Assembly (NCBI GenBank): GCA_964187785.1
Contig: OZ076409.1
Span: forward strand, 61,630,001-61,694,000
Direction of reading: 5' to 3'
Source: Amphiscolops sp. MND2022
Taxonomy: Eukaryota
DNA: 64,000 nt
Shown here: positions 13,130 through 25,131 of the stretch, in pieces
Position numbering within the stretch: the stretch's first letter is position 1
How the letters are laid out: every line of letters starts with the position of its first letter
Translations under genes and position numbers: made by a program
The notes under the pieces: generated by a model
Told to the model about the DNA's origin: nothing
Database searches by the model: none
Seen by the model: only the letters and a program-made list of their open reading frames with translations

Positions 13130-13580
13130 TAAAGGCAGACCTACAGTCCTTTTTCGTAAGTTTAGTTTTACACCCAGTTGTTCCATCATTATTTTCCTGA
13201 TCGTCCAATGCCGAACCGGACTCAATGTCCCTGTTGCCTGAAGATAATGAGCTCACCATAATTTGAATCTCTGGGATTACCTTTTCAGCAATTGCAGAAC
13301 TTATGGCTCAATAAGTTTGTGAGTGCATCATGGACATCATAGAGTCCATTTCTTGGGACAACCTCAAATTAATTTCATTTCTGAACGTTCTCCACGGGTG
13401 AGAATTGTACTCAGTGTCATAGTGACTTGTAGGTCCTTCAATTGTATTTGCTAGCTCCCTTTCAATTGGGTTAATATTATCATTCCCAACCATCAGGTCT
13501 ATGTTGTCAAACTCGGACATCATGTCTACTTCTCTAGACTTGCTAGCATTCGCCTTTTTTCTTCTTGTTGAAGACATAAG
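13130..13580 (-). pseudogene. decayed transposon ORF (gag/ORF1-like), copy 2
   Basis: MSSTRRKKA...SEFDNIDLMVG...LSQEMDSMMS...*AISSAIAEKVIPEIQ, homologous by eye to 5322-5710, with an internal stop. Confidence 0.45.
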
Positions 13581-13719
13581 TGTTTGTCCTAGAGGAAATA
13601 TTTGAATTGTTCTAGCAAGTATTATAAACAACTTTCAATCTTAACAACGTTTGTTCAGTGAGTAAAAAAAGAGTAGCAACTGATATTATCGCAACTTATA
13701 AAACTTATGGTCCTTGGGA

Positions 13720-14046
13720 CCTTGTGTCCCGGGTATTTACAGCTAGGCTAGGATGACATTCCAAGTTTAGAACATCATTCAGTTAATTTTAGACTAGAGA
13801 CTGCTCAAAATAGAATCATGATGACATATTTTTTCTAAATATAGACATCAAACCATAGCGGCAAAACATCGTTCATGTGGCCTTGTGTCCCGGGTATTTA
13901 CAGCTAGGCTAGGATGACATTCCAAGTTTAGGACAATATTCAGTTAATTTTAGACCAGAGACGGCTCAAAATAGAATCATGATGACATAATTTTTTAAAA
14001 TATAGACATCAAACCATAGCGGCAAAACATCGTTCATGTGGCCTTG
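13720..14046. repeat. tandem duplication, ~161 bp unit x2
   Basis: CCTTGTGTCCCGGGTATTTACAGCTAGG starts at 13720 and again at 13881; the units are nearly identical. Confidence 0.9.
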
Positions 14047-15285
14047 AGGGCTTCATCAACAAAATAACCATAACACAAACATATACACGTAGCATCACGT
14101 TTGGCTAATTACATGTTCTGATACATGGTGAATCAAGATGGAATGGGACAAAAGTCATGCTAGTCCGACTCCATTCCAGATCAAGACTTTGAAAGGAAAG
14201 ACTTTAAAATGATCTTGGGTAATAAAAGCGTCATATTAGCAGTTCATTTCGTATAATGATAGTAACTTTCATCTAAAATCAAAATTGGCCTTGTCCGGCC
14301 AGCTGCCCTAATTATCTGTCTCAGTCAGACGCGAAGCCGTATTCGGCCTTCAATTTATGTACAAACAACTGCATCAGTATATTCTTGAATGCTAGATTGG
14401 TTGCTGTGATTGGTTGATAAATAAATGGGACTCGCTATCCGCGGCGACAAGCAAGGAAACATTTGAACACGTTTCCTTTGCCTGTACGCCTTGGTGTCCA
14501 ATAATTAGCACAATTTGAGTATGTAAACGAAAAAAAACGTATAATTTACAAAAGTAGCACCATTAAAACGACGAATTTTATTATTATCATAGGAGAATAC
14601 ATAACTAAATAAATAGAGTTTGTAAAAGTCTGTTTCTTTTAGTCCAATGGAATCGTTCCGGGCAGGGCTTGGTGATAGTTATAGGAAATTGAATACCAAT
14701 TGCCATCGCAGGCGGTAGCCTGCGACACTAATAGATTTTGGTTATCTTCTTACATGTACGTACACTCTAAAGTACTAAAATTTTTCGAGTCTGATTAGTG
14801 AATGGATGAGCACCCTGAACAACATAAAAAAATAAACAATGACGATCTTCCGCTCCTAATTTAAACTTTGCTACTGAACTTCCAAAGTTTTTCATGTATA
14901 AATTATTATTTACAAGTTTGTCACATTTTAGTTTTAAGGGTTCCAAAATTAAATGAATGTAAACTATACAAAAATCCAAGAAACTTTTGTTTCCATCAGA
15001 GTTTGAAAAATTTGACAGTTTTTGAGAAATTCGCAAACTCATTAGGCGTTCAAAACTTAATTACCAAACAGGGGTTCCACTCTTTTATCACAGGACTGTA
15101 AATCGCTGGTCGTGGCGAATAACCTCAGTGACAAAGTTTGTATATTCGACTGACTTCTATAACTTCTGATTCTAACACCTTTCCGAGACGGCACTCCCTC
15201 AAATTTACCCTGAGTAGTATTCACAAAAATCAAATATTTTGTAACAAGATGGTTTCGGTGAATTTTACTCTACGGGGGCATTTTC

Positions 15286-15349
15286 TTCTAACTAATATTT
15301 TTTAAAATATTGCGTAATTCTAACTAATATTTTTTAAAATATTGCGTAA
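15286..15349. repeat. 32-bp tandem duplication
   Basis: TTCTAACTAATATTTTTTAAAATATTGCGTAA occurs twice in tandem. Confidence 0.9.
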
Positions 15350-15399
15350 TAAAATTCGAAATTCCCGACTATACAAAGTTTTGATTCGATTTCAAAACA

Positions 15400-15968
15400 C
15401 ACAAGCCAGAACGGCCCAAGTCAGCGCCGTGCTTAAAGTTTAAAAAGAGCAAAGTGTTTGAAATATTCGAGGGAAAACTTTTCAATCATACGGTGCCAAA
15501 AATTACCCGAAGTGGGCCTCTGAATCTCTGAAACAGCTATTTTCTGAACTGGAAACATCAGAAAAACGGTTTTCAAAAAATCTTTTCCCATTGTTTTTAA
15601 AATTCGCATAGTTCTTGAAAAAAAAACAAGTCTCTTCAAGCTTGTTAAAATATTTTCCGAACCGAAAACTTCAAAACAATTGTAGCCTTTGATGGATCTT
15701 CAAAGTTTTTCGAAGCAAAGTTGCATACCGCAGAAAAATCCAAAGGGGAACCCTTTGGTCTCGTTTAAGTTACTGTAAATTAGAAAAAAAGTTGTCATAT
15801 TTTCGGATTCGAAACCACGCACATTTGCTGTAAACATTCGTCCACTGTACCAAGTGGTCGTACTAAAGTCGTCCTGGAGCAACTTATACAAACTTATATA
15901 AGTCCGTCAGTTCACTGGTCGTAAAAATCACTACTAAAGTCTGCGTTTTTTAACGAAAGCGACAAAAC
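15400..15968 (-). mobile_element. degenerate HINE-like element with tRNA-like internal segment
   Basis: The left end ACAAGCCAGAACGGCCCAAGTCAGCGCC is the reverse complement of the family 3' end. A B-box-like GGTTTCGAATCC lies on the minus strand near 15805-15816. Confidence 0.55.
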
Positions 15969-16078
15969 AGATTAAAAGTAAAGGTTTATTTCTGATCAAA
16001 ATCTGAGAGATTTTACCTCAACAGACATTTTTCTCAAATGCATATGCAACAAAAATAATGAGCTTTCAAAGTTTTCAC

Positions 16079-16164
16079 CTGCAATTCTAGCTGTCTTGTT
16101 TTTTTTCAACTTGGAATATATGGTACCAATTCTTTCCTTCTTGAATTTTTTTGCCATCTTTGTA
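16079..16164 (-). CDS. probable TRPM-like gene exon (TKMAKKFKKERIGTIYSKLKKNKTARIA)
   Basis: Acceptor ttttaaag and donor G|GTGAAA, phase 2-1. The model needs one more unresolved exon between 16542 and 16164. Confidence 0.45.
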
Positions 16165-16541
16165 CTTTAAAATTAAATTTTAAGTGCATAATGAAAGAAT
16201 GGCAAACCGGTTAAAATGCACGGCTGAGAGATTATTTTACCGTAATCCCTTGTATGAAAAATCATCGCTAACTTGTTCAAAGTAATCCAAGATGCTAATT
16301 TTTGTATACTTTAGCACAGATGCCTTATCTATAAGTATCACCAAAGTCCGTTCGAGGAAAAAGTCAAGAAGATATTCCCAGCAAAAACATTTATTGTAAA
16401 TGCAAGCTCAGGAGCCACTCAATTTGCTATCTTAATTTTAGAATCACTTCCATTTCGACGAAAGATTTGGTTTATTCACATGAAGTTTTCAAGCACAAAG
16501 TGAAAATGCAAAATAGAGAAGAGAAAATGTAATAAACTGAC

Positions 16542-16686
16542 TTTCATGGCGCTGAAGGAAATTGACAATTTCAGAAGGGGAGCAATTGGACTGGACTTCC
16601 ATCACTCGCAGGCAGGGTTGGGGAAAATCAGCGGGGGGCTCTTTTGTTTTGCAGCTTGCACTGGAACTTGAAGACGGTACACTTTT
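16542..16686 (-). CDS. probable TRPM-like gene N-terminal exon
   Basis: Acceptor tttttctag and donor A|GTCAGT; 145 nt open (KSVPSSSS...CSPSEIVNFLQRHE), locally GC-richer than the flanks. Confidence 0.6.
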
Positions 16687-17296
16687 CTAGAAAAATGTCA
16701 GAGACGTGGAAACTTTTCCCAGAATTTATCCTTAAAAAGTATTTCGGATCAATTGAAAACTTTCATAAAACATGCAAGACATTCTACCGAAAACGTACCA
16801 TGTGTGATTTACATACAGATAGATGCAACATGGTTTCAAACGAAACATGGTTTCAAAACGTTAATTCAATTTTCATGCAACAAAAAAACAATAAGTAAAT
16901 TGCAGTTCATGAAAACGTGTTAAAATAGGCAGACTGTGATGCGTCAAAAATAGAAGCGAATTGGATTAACAATATTTTTGCAAATGGCCAAAACTTTTGC
17001 ATCTATGAGTTAATCTTTTGAACCCGACAGAAGCCACATTTTTGAATTATTCCGAAAAAGACAAGTCCAGTGCACTTCCACCAAAGGAAAATAAGCAAAA
17101 ATAAATAAATATCTGTCAATAAAATCTTTGACAAATACACGTACAGCAAGTAAGTTATGTATTTAGTCTAAACCATTTGGATTGACTCCATTTGATTCTC
17201 AGGACACTGAGAAAAGAGAATCGATCAGGTTTCAGTATTGTTTCAACCGGTGAACAAATACTAACTTGAGAAAATGCAACACTTAAAGTTACTAAC

Positions 17297-17368
17297 AGGT
17301 TGTGGCCAAAGGAGCTTCACATCAGAGGAACTTGTTTGATCGGAGTTCGATATATTCTCTCCATAATT
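17297..17368 (-). CDS. probable N-terminal exon (NYGENISNSDQTSSSDVKLLWPQP)
   Basis: Acceptor ttgttttag and donor CCT|GTTAGT; 72 nt, phase 0-0. Confidence 0.55.
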
Positions 17369-17789
17369 CTAAAACAAGTTGGAACTTTTTATGCCCACTC
17401 CTTCAAAAAGTTCACATTGTAGTAAACCGCGGTGACAACAGACCTGTTTGGGCTGTTTTAGCATCCAGATGATTCCAAAAATTTAAATAAAAACTCAAAA
17501 GAGAGCCTCACAATCTCGCAATGCCCAAAAACTTCCAAAATGGTGACAATTTTGTCTCTGTGAGTATCGTATACTTTCACAAACTGTTTTCAGAATGATG
17601 AAAAATATGTGGAGGTGACGACTTGAACTGTGGAACCTTGACAGTGGACCTGAGTTAATCTCCATTCCAAATGCAGGTTGAAAAAAATCGTTGATTGACT
17701 GGGGTGTGGGATTTTCAGACCGTGGACCGAAACCCGTAGTGCCAAACCGTAACCCGTAAACCGTAGTTCTGAAAAAAGCGAACCGTACA

Positions 17790-17940
17790 TATTTCTGAGA
17801 AATACGACCGACTTGTTTTATACATTTAACAGCAGTATTTCTGAGAAATACGACCGACTTGTTTTATACATTTAACAGCAGTATTTCTGAGAAATACGAC
17901 CGACTTGTTTTATACATTTAACAGCAGTATTTCTGAGAAA
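17790..17940. repeat. 46-bp minisatellite x3.3 with internal palindrome
   Basis: Unit ATTTCTGAGAAATACGACCGACTTGTTTTATACATTTAACAGCAGT starts at 17791, 17837 and 17883, with a partial copy at 17929. The units are identical. Confidence 0.95.
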
Positions 17941-18054
17941 AAGACACGCGCACTAACTAGAAAAAAGTACGTTTCTGAGAATTACTCGTACATTGCCTTT
18001 GATTTATATTGTTCAACCATACTGTATATGATATTGGTTATTAAATGCGAAAAT

Positions 18055-18246
18055 ATGGATATTACTGGAGATTATTCGAGTATATATACACTTTCCACAG
18101 TTGAAAAGAAGGCAATCTGCAAGACATGTTCGAAAGAATACCAATACGATGCTCAGAAAATTGGCTTCTCGACCTTGCGAAATCATTATATGACAAAACA
18201 TCCGGACATTTACTACACAATTTTTGGAGCGAATTCCAACCAGTGA
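18055..18246 (+). pseudogene. BED zinc finger, truncated transposase N-terminus
   Basis: KAICKTCSKEYQY...GFSTLRNHYMTKH fits the BED pattern CxxC...GTSTLxxHxxxxH. Stops follow in all frames. Confidence 0.7.
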
Positions 18247-18618
18247 AGCCATTTGATTGATGAATGAAAAATGTACCCAAGAACCACAAGCGAGAAAACA
18301 TATACTCGATTTTTAAAGACTGCAAACTCGCACATCTAAAATGAGAGAATTCCTTGAGAGATCGTGAATGAATGAGGTTCCAAATTTGAACTTGCTGAAT
18401 ACACTGATATAATTATAGCTTTTGGTATTAAACTGATATGTACCATTTTGATATTCCCTCATGATGACTCGAATGAAACAATTTATTTTCTGAAATGTGA
18501 AACTTGAAATTTCTACAAAGGCAAAATTTTTAAACCAAGTTTGTTGCAAATTTGAACAAAGTTTACATGGGAAATGGAATAATTTAGGGTACGATTTTTT
18601 TTAAATGTTGGAACTTAC

Positions 18619-18756
18619 CCGATTATTGTATGAGTCCTCTATGGTGGGCACAGATTGGTAGTTGACTTCATATGCTGCCATGGCATCCATTCTCTGCTTC
18701 TGATTGGCTGCCGCTCTAGCAGCAGGACCAGCCACAGCACCCGCTGCTGTTGTGAC
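18619..18756 (-). CDS. N-terminal exon 3 of the TRPM-like gene model
   Basis: Acceptor atgttcag and donor CGG|GTAAGT; 138 nt, phase 0-0 (VTTAAGAVAGPAARAAANQKQRMDAMAAYE...). Confidence 0.75.
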
Positions 18757-19394
18757 CTGAACATTGATTTCAATCATTAAGAAAAATGAACTGAAAATAA
18801 ATTGTACTTCACTGTCTCAAAGTAATCAGTCCCGTCCCTCCATGATATTCTTTCTATGTCTATGGCTGATCCAGACTTAGTCCATCGATGGTAGCACTAG
18901 GCAAGGATGAAAACCAAAGTTTGGAAAATTCTCAAAAACGCTCAAACCTCACGAAGAGTACTCTGAAGTCACGTCATGGAAGGACGTCCTGATTGTGAAT
19001 GGATTACTGTGTGGCCAATTGGTTGAACTTCGACTAATTTGGATTCGATGAAACACGCGCTTTCGCGCATTTCAAAAAAGTGGGAATATCATTAGGTACC
19101 TAAAAACAGCAAGAAGCTTTTGACAAAAAGAACTAATTACCGAACTAAAAAAACAATTACGGATTTACTTCATTGAGCAAATGTCGTACGTACATCATTA
19201 GTTTATTTACGATAATCAGCGTCATTTTTCAGCGATGCCGCCAAATTTGACCAGCATTTTGATTGTAAAAACAGGAAACCACAGAAGTTAAAGCTATTGT
19301 TCGCTCATAAAGCAGGATACCAAACAAGTTTGATGAAAAAGTATCTCAAAAGTATAATAAGATAACAACAATTTTGGCTGCTTATTTCATTAAC

Positions 19395-19541
19395 CTTTTT
19401 AGCAGCACTTTGAAAGTCCTTCTTCGTAGATGTGGGCGTTTTTGTCTGTTCATTGGTTGGTTCAGAATTGTCTTCTGTTGCTTCTGGGACCACTTTTGAT
19501 GATTTCACAGCAGTGATTACTTTGCTAGTTGTCACTACGTT
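19395..19541 (-). CDS. N-terminal exon 2 of the TRPM-like gene model
   Basis: Acceptor gtttttcag and donor AAG|GTTAAT; 147 nt, phase 0-0 (NVVTTSKVITAVK...KDFQSAAKK). Confidence 0.7.
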
Positions 19542-19760
19542 CTGAAAAACCAAACATAGCAATGCTCTGTTGTACTGTTACGAAATTGATGGGATATTCC
19601 GAGACTTTTGAAGATGTTATATTAAAGTTTTTTCTTCGAAGTATCTCATGATGACAAAACTATGGCTTCTATTAGACTGTGGAGCTGCGAATATCGAATA
19701 GAATCCTGGATAAAAACAACTTGGAACTTTTTGTAATTTTTTGAACAAAGAGTAATGTTT

Positions 19761-19912
19761 TTTGTAATTCCACGGAGTAGAAGCGGGATAAACAGTTCTG
19801 TTTCCCTAACTTGGCATCCTTTTCTGATAATACCTCGAGGTATTATCAGAAAAGGATGCCAAGTTAGGGAAACAGAACTGTTTATCCCGCTTCTACTCCG
19901 TGGAATTACAAA
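19761..19912. repeat. 152-bp perfect palindrome with no spacer
   Basis: Two 76-bp arms pair exactly around the centre CCTC|GAGG at 19836/19837. The ORF track shows the same peptide on both strands. Confidence 0.97.
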
Positions 19913-20409
19913 CAAGAGGGGAACGTCTCAAGTCGGCGCTATATCTAAGGCTCAAAAAGCGCAAAACATTTTTTTTTGGAAAAAAACTTGAAATTTTCGA
20001 GAAAAAAATTTCTTTCGGAAAATGTCGCACAGTGCCGAAAAATGTAAAAGGGGGGACCCTTTTTGATTTATAAACACGCATTCTGTAGCAAAAACAAAAA
20101 ACTCAAAGGGGGGGCCCTTTGGGGACATTAAAAAAATTTCGAAAAAAAAAGTCTCACAGTGCCGAAAAAAAATCGAAAGGGGGGGTTGAAACTTTAGTCC
20201 CGTCCGGGCGTGTATGTAACGTTTAAAAAGTTATGCGCTCCCCGTTTGCCTTTAGCGGTCCAGTAGTTTAGTACTTATTTAGTAGTTGAACGTTAATTTT
20301 AACGTTCGTCGCTTCGAGTCTGTCTTAAATAAAAAAAATAAAAAAAAATAAAAAAAACGAGTGACTCTAATAGTCGGGCTCTTTTCTTAAGAAAAGCGCC
20401 GACTAAAAA
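19911..20409 (-). mobile_element. HINE/DINE-1-like non-autonomous Helentron
   Basis: Subterminal inverted repeats AGTCGGCGC / GCGCCGACT, 5' stem-loop, terminal hairpin plus CTTGTT, and T-run ends on the minus strand. Confidence 0.75.
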
Positions 20410-21344
20410 CACTACACTTTGTTCAAAAAATTACAAAAAGTTCCGCACAAAAGGATCCGCACAGCAAGCTATGGTACCATTGGTATTACATGCATGTAAT
20501 ACCATGGTATCAAGCAATGGCCAGCCTGAAAATTGTTGTTTTAAAGTGATTTGTTTGAAGTCACAAAAGTCTTGAATGCTCACTACTGCTTTTCATGCCG
20601 CTTTTCTTACAGAAAATGCGTTTTTTATGTGAATGCCAGTGAAAAACAAGCTATTGATGAAAGTTTTGATCAATGTCTAGCAATAGTGAGATCAGAGAGA
20701 TTCGAACTTGATGCCAGTACATGACAAATGCTCTCAACACTAAACCATGCTTAAATTTACAATTTGCAGCAAAACTTTCAATTTTTAGTTGTAAAAATAG
20801 ATAAAAGTGTTTATAGAGAAGCCGTAAACAAAATTCACGGACGGTGAAAACTCAAATCAAGCGAGAACTCATATCGATCAAAACTCATTTTGCAAAATTA
20901 GGTCCTACTTAAGAATTTTATCACAAAGTTTTAAGATTTTATCACAAACAATTTGTTCAATATTTGCAAATTAGTTAATCTATAAACAACCATTAGAAAT
21001 TATAATACAGTAACAGGGTTAACTATACGGGGACTGAAGAAAGTTACGGAATGTTTCAACCAGCATTTTTTAATTGAACTACAGTAAAGTTTTGACAAAA
21101 CTTAAGGGTTTTCTAGCAATAGTCAGCCAGTGCTAGCTTGGGAAACGTTCTTTTTCAACTGAACTGACTTCATACAAGAACAAGGCCCCGGAAAGAAGCA
21201 AAAACCAAGTCATGGAGAGTTTTAATAAATGAGATTAAATTACTGAGAGCTTTAAAAAAATGATGAATGTTCAGTTGGTCCATGTATTCAGTCCAGGTAT
21301 ACACGTATTGCAAGAAAAACGAGCAAATACTTCCAAAAACTAAC

Positions 21345-21482
21345 TGAGACAGCTCTTTGCACTTTGGCTTTGTTCGCGGCGGCGGCTTTTTTGTTCGGAC
21401 TTCCAGGGGCCGGATTGGACCATGACCCAGTCACCACTGCTGCTCCTCCCCTTGAAGTGGGCGGTTTTTTCACAGAAGCCAT
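21345..21482 (-). CDS. putative first coding exon of the TRPM-like gene (MASVKKPPTSRGGAAVV...QRAVS)
   Basis: ATG at 21482, donor TCA|GTTAGT; 138 nt, phase 0; GC-rich island in AT-rich DNA. Confidence 0.7.
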
Positions 21483-22795
21483 AGTGAGGTGATAACTCCA
21501 GCAGCAAGTGAAAACTTCTTCACGGCCTGAGTTATAATAAAGTGAACAATCTCGCAAGTTGTGTCTTTTATCTAAAACGTTCCTGTAGTTTCGAATGGGG
21601 ATTTCATTTTATATTTGACTGTTTCGTTTTTACACTTTTTTCAAACAAATCATTCACACGACTTCAAAAAATTTGAATATTTTTGTCTGAACATACACTC
21701 TTCTTATGGAATACTACATGATTTTTTCCGGGTTTTTATAAAATATGTAACATTGAACAAACCTGGTTGCAATCGAGAAATAAATTATATTTTTGCCGAC
21801 TGTCGTCATAACTTACTTTAACCAAAAATGTACTGCTTTGATAAAAGCTTGTTAGTAAGCTGTTGTGTATAGAAGACCACTTATCGAATTCATAATGAAT
21901 GGCCAATTTTTTATAAAGTATTCAAACTACACTTGCTCAGCTAATCTAGAAAGACAGACTACAATTTTTCTGACTGTCAATGAAAAATTCGGTACGAAAA
22001 TTCTTCGCGTACTTGCCAAAAATTTTCTTTCAATTGAAATAAACTTCAACAAAAAAGCATTTAAAATCTTCTGTTGAAGTCTCGAGATTCTCGGTCTATC
22101 GAAATGGCAACTAAGTTTGGTTGAGTTCGGCACATTTCGGCTTCTTTTTAGGTGTACAAAACTTTTTTCACACCAATTAGATCGGATTAGTCGCGGCCGT
22201 AACTCACGGTGCTTTATTGGATATTATTACCATAATTGTGTGAAAGAGCAGACATGCCGTACGCGACTGAGAGCAGAATGATGCATAAAACTTGCCTCTG
22301 AATTTTTTATCATAACGAAAGAAGTCTTAGCAAAAACTGTTTCATAGCTGGCACAACGTCGAAAAAATCAGAGGCCTCATCGGTGAAATGGCTTGTGCCA
22401 CGAAAGCATGAAAGGATTCTCAAAAGTATCAATGCAATTGATGATCACGATGTATATTTTTAGTCGGCGCATTTCATGTGCAAAGTTGTCTGACTAATAC
22501 ATTGACTACCGTTGAGACATTTTAGAAGGAGCAACATCAAGGAAATATCAAAATCCAATATCTCAAACACTTCAATAGTTTTTGAGGAATGGTGAGAGCG
22601 AAACTCTCTTGGATTTTCATCTAAGTTCACAAAAATGTTTGCTTCAAAATTATGAAAAATTTACGATAGGCCAATTTTAGCCAAACACAAACTTAATAGA
22701 AAATCTCAATTTTGGCTTGCTCGTCCACAAGGTGTTTGAGGAATTTTATGTTCAATCGACCCCTCAAAGTTTGCCGAAGCCGTGAAACTTTAGAT

Positions 22796-23272
22796 AAACA
22801 AGCCGGGACCGGCCCAAATCCGCGCCATATCAAAGGCTCAAAAATAGCAAAATGACATCATAGTGCCAAATTATTGGTGAATTAGGGACCCCTTGATGAA
22901 CTTTTTCTTTAAAAAAGTCTCACAATGCCAAAAAACCTGAAATACGGACCCTTTGAGATTTTTCAACATACATTCTGTCGCAAAAAAAATGAAGGTGACC
23001 CTTTGGGGAGAATTATTTTTTCCGAAAAACGTCCCACCATGCCGAAGAAAAAGCTCAAAGGTGGTCCCGCCCGGTATTGTAGGTTAAGCAGGAAAAAAGG
23101 AAAATCTTTCTGATTCAGCTCTCTGGGCCAATAGGTACATGGCGACACCTTAAAATTTTGTAGAACTTTTGATAGAACTATTTTAATCACTTCACGTGCA
23201 TCGAAAAATAAATACTGACGAAAAGCAATTACTATAGTTGACTCTTTTCTCAAGAAAGGCGCCGACTAAAAA
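22796..23272 (-). mobile_element. HINE-like element (duplicated at ~26444-26920)
   Basis: AACAAGCCGGGACCGGC... left end and ...GGCGCCGACTAAAAA right end match the family termini. Confidence 0.7.
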
Positions 23273-23381
23273 GGCTGGATAAACAAGCAATTTGAGAAAT
23301 ACATGTACTCACTACTCGAACCTGTCGCAAAGTTTTCCATGTTGTATCCAAGCATGCATTCTAAACTTTTCATAAACATAG

Positions 23382-23658
23382 TGTAACGGCAAGCTGTTAT
23401 CGGTCGCTTAACACGTTAACAGAGGTGGAGGAACCTGCAGAAATGGGTGATTCGCTCGGGACAGGCGCCCATCGCCACAGATCCATTTTGCCTCCAAGGG
23501 TGAAATACGTCCCGGGGCCGCGGGTGCTTCGACGAATACTGTCCAACCGGTCCTAGTCTTTGATTGCTAATAGTAACGGGCATCTTTCTGCTCTCTAAAG
23601 ACCACCGCTTAACTAGCATATAAAAACAATGCCAAGAATAAGGTAAATTTCCAGTTCC
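23382..23658 (-). mobile_element. truncated LTR copy created by the tandem duplication
   Basis: Matches 27030-27306 and carries that LTR's variant bases rather than those of 33929-34700. Confidence 0.9.
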
Positions 23659-24993
23659 TTCGGAAAATGTCGCACAGTGCCGAAAAATGTAAAAGGGGGG
23701 ACCCTTTTTGATTTATAAACACGCATTCTGTAGCAAAAACAAAAAACTCAAAGGGGGGGCCCTTTGGGGACATTAAAAAAATTTCGAAAAAAAAGTCTCA
23801 CAGTGCCGAAAAAAAATCGAAAGGGGGGGGGGTTGAAACTTTAGTCCCGTCCGGGCGTGTATGTAACGTTTAAAAAGTTATGCGCTCCCCGTTTGCCTTT
23901 AGCGGTCCAGTAGTTTAGTACTTATTTAGTAGTTGAACGTTAATTTTAACGTTCGTCGCTTCGAGTCTGTCTTAAATAAAAAAAAATAAAAAAAAATAAA
24001 AAAAACGAGTGACTGTAATAGTCGGGCTCTTTTCTTAAGAAAAGCGCCGACTAAAAACACTACACTTTGTTCAAAAAATTACAAAAAGTTCCGCACAAAA
24101 GGATCCGCACAGCAAGCTATGGTACCATTGGTATTACATGCATGTAATACCATGGTATCAAGCAATGGCCAGCCTGAAAATTGTTGTTTTAAAGTGATTT
24201 GTTTGAAGTCACAAAAGTCTTGAATGCTCACTACTGCTTTTCATGCCGCTTTTCTTACAGAAAATGCGTTTTTTATGTGAATGCCAGTGAAAAACAAGCT
24301 ATTGATGAAAGTTTTGATCAATGTCTAGCAATAGTGAGATCAGAGAGATTCGAACTTGATGCCAGTACATGACAAATGCTCTCAACACTAAACCATGCTT
24401 AAATTTACAATTTGCAGCAAAACTTTCAATTTTTAGTTGTAAAAATAGATAAAAGTGTTTATAGAGAAGCCGTAAACAAAATTCACGGACGGTGAAAACT
24501 CAAATCAAGCGAGAACTCATATCGATCAAAACTCATTTTGCAAAATTAGGTCCTACTTAAGAATTTTATCACAAAGTTTTAAGATTTTATCACAAACAAT
24601 TTGTTCAATATTTGCAAATTAGTTAATCTATAAACAACCATTAGAAATTATAATACAGTAACAGGGTTAACTATACGGGGACTGAAGAAAGTTACGGAAT
24701 GTTTCAACCAGCATTTTTTAATTGAACTACAGTAAAGTTTTGACAAAACTTAAGAGTTTTCTAGCAATAGTCAGCCAGTGCTAGCTTGGGAAACGTTCTT
24801 TTTCAACTGAACTGACTTCATACAAGAACAAGGCCCCGGAAAGAAGCAAAAACCAAGTCATGGAGAGTTTTAATAAATGAGATTAAATTACTGAGAGCTT
24901 TAAAAAAAATGATGAATGTTCAGTTGGTCCATGTATTCAGTCCAGGTATACACGTATTGCAAGAAAAACGAGCAAATACTTCCAAAAACTAAC

Positions 24994-25131
24994 TGAGACA
25001 GCTCTTTGCACTTTGGCTTTGTTCGCGGCGGCGGCTTTTTTGTTCGGACTTCCAGGGGCCGGATTGGACCATGACCCAGTCACCACTGCTGCTCCTCCCC
25101 TTGAAGTGGGCGGTTTTTTCACAGAAGCCAT
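24994..25131 (-). CDS. duplicate of putative first coding exon
   Basis: Identical peptide and donor site to 21345-21482. Confidence 0.55.

Larger units (their letters stand above)
17699..18580 (+). mobile_element. hAT-like DNA transposon relic (5' part)
   Basis: CTGGGGTGTGGG terminus-like start, clustered subterminal (A)ACCGT motifs at 17718-17787, then a BED-finger ORF. The right end is not defined. Confidence 0.55.

Noticed and set aside
17790..17940. CRISPR-like array (palindromic repeat with regular spacing)
   Set aside because: The intervening sequences are identical, so it is a minisatellite. There are no cas genes and the context is eukaryotic.
19646..19991. Two antiparallel ORFs encoding the same peptide
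   Set aside because: An automatic consequence of the perfect palindrome; no coding evidence.
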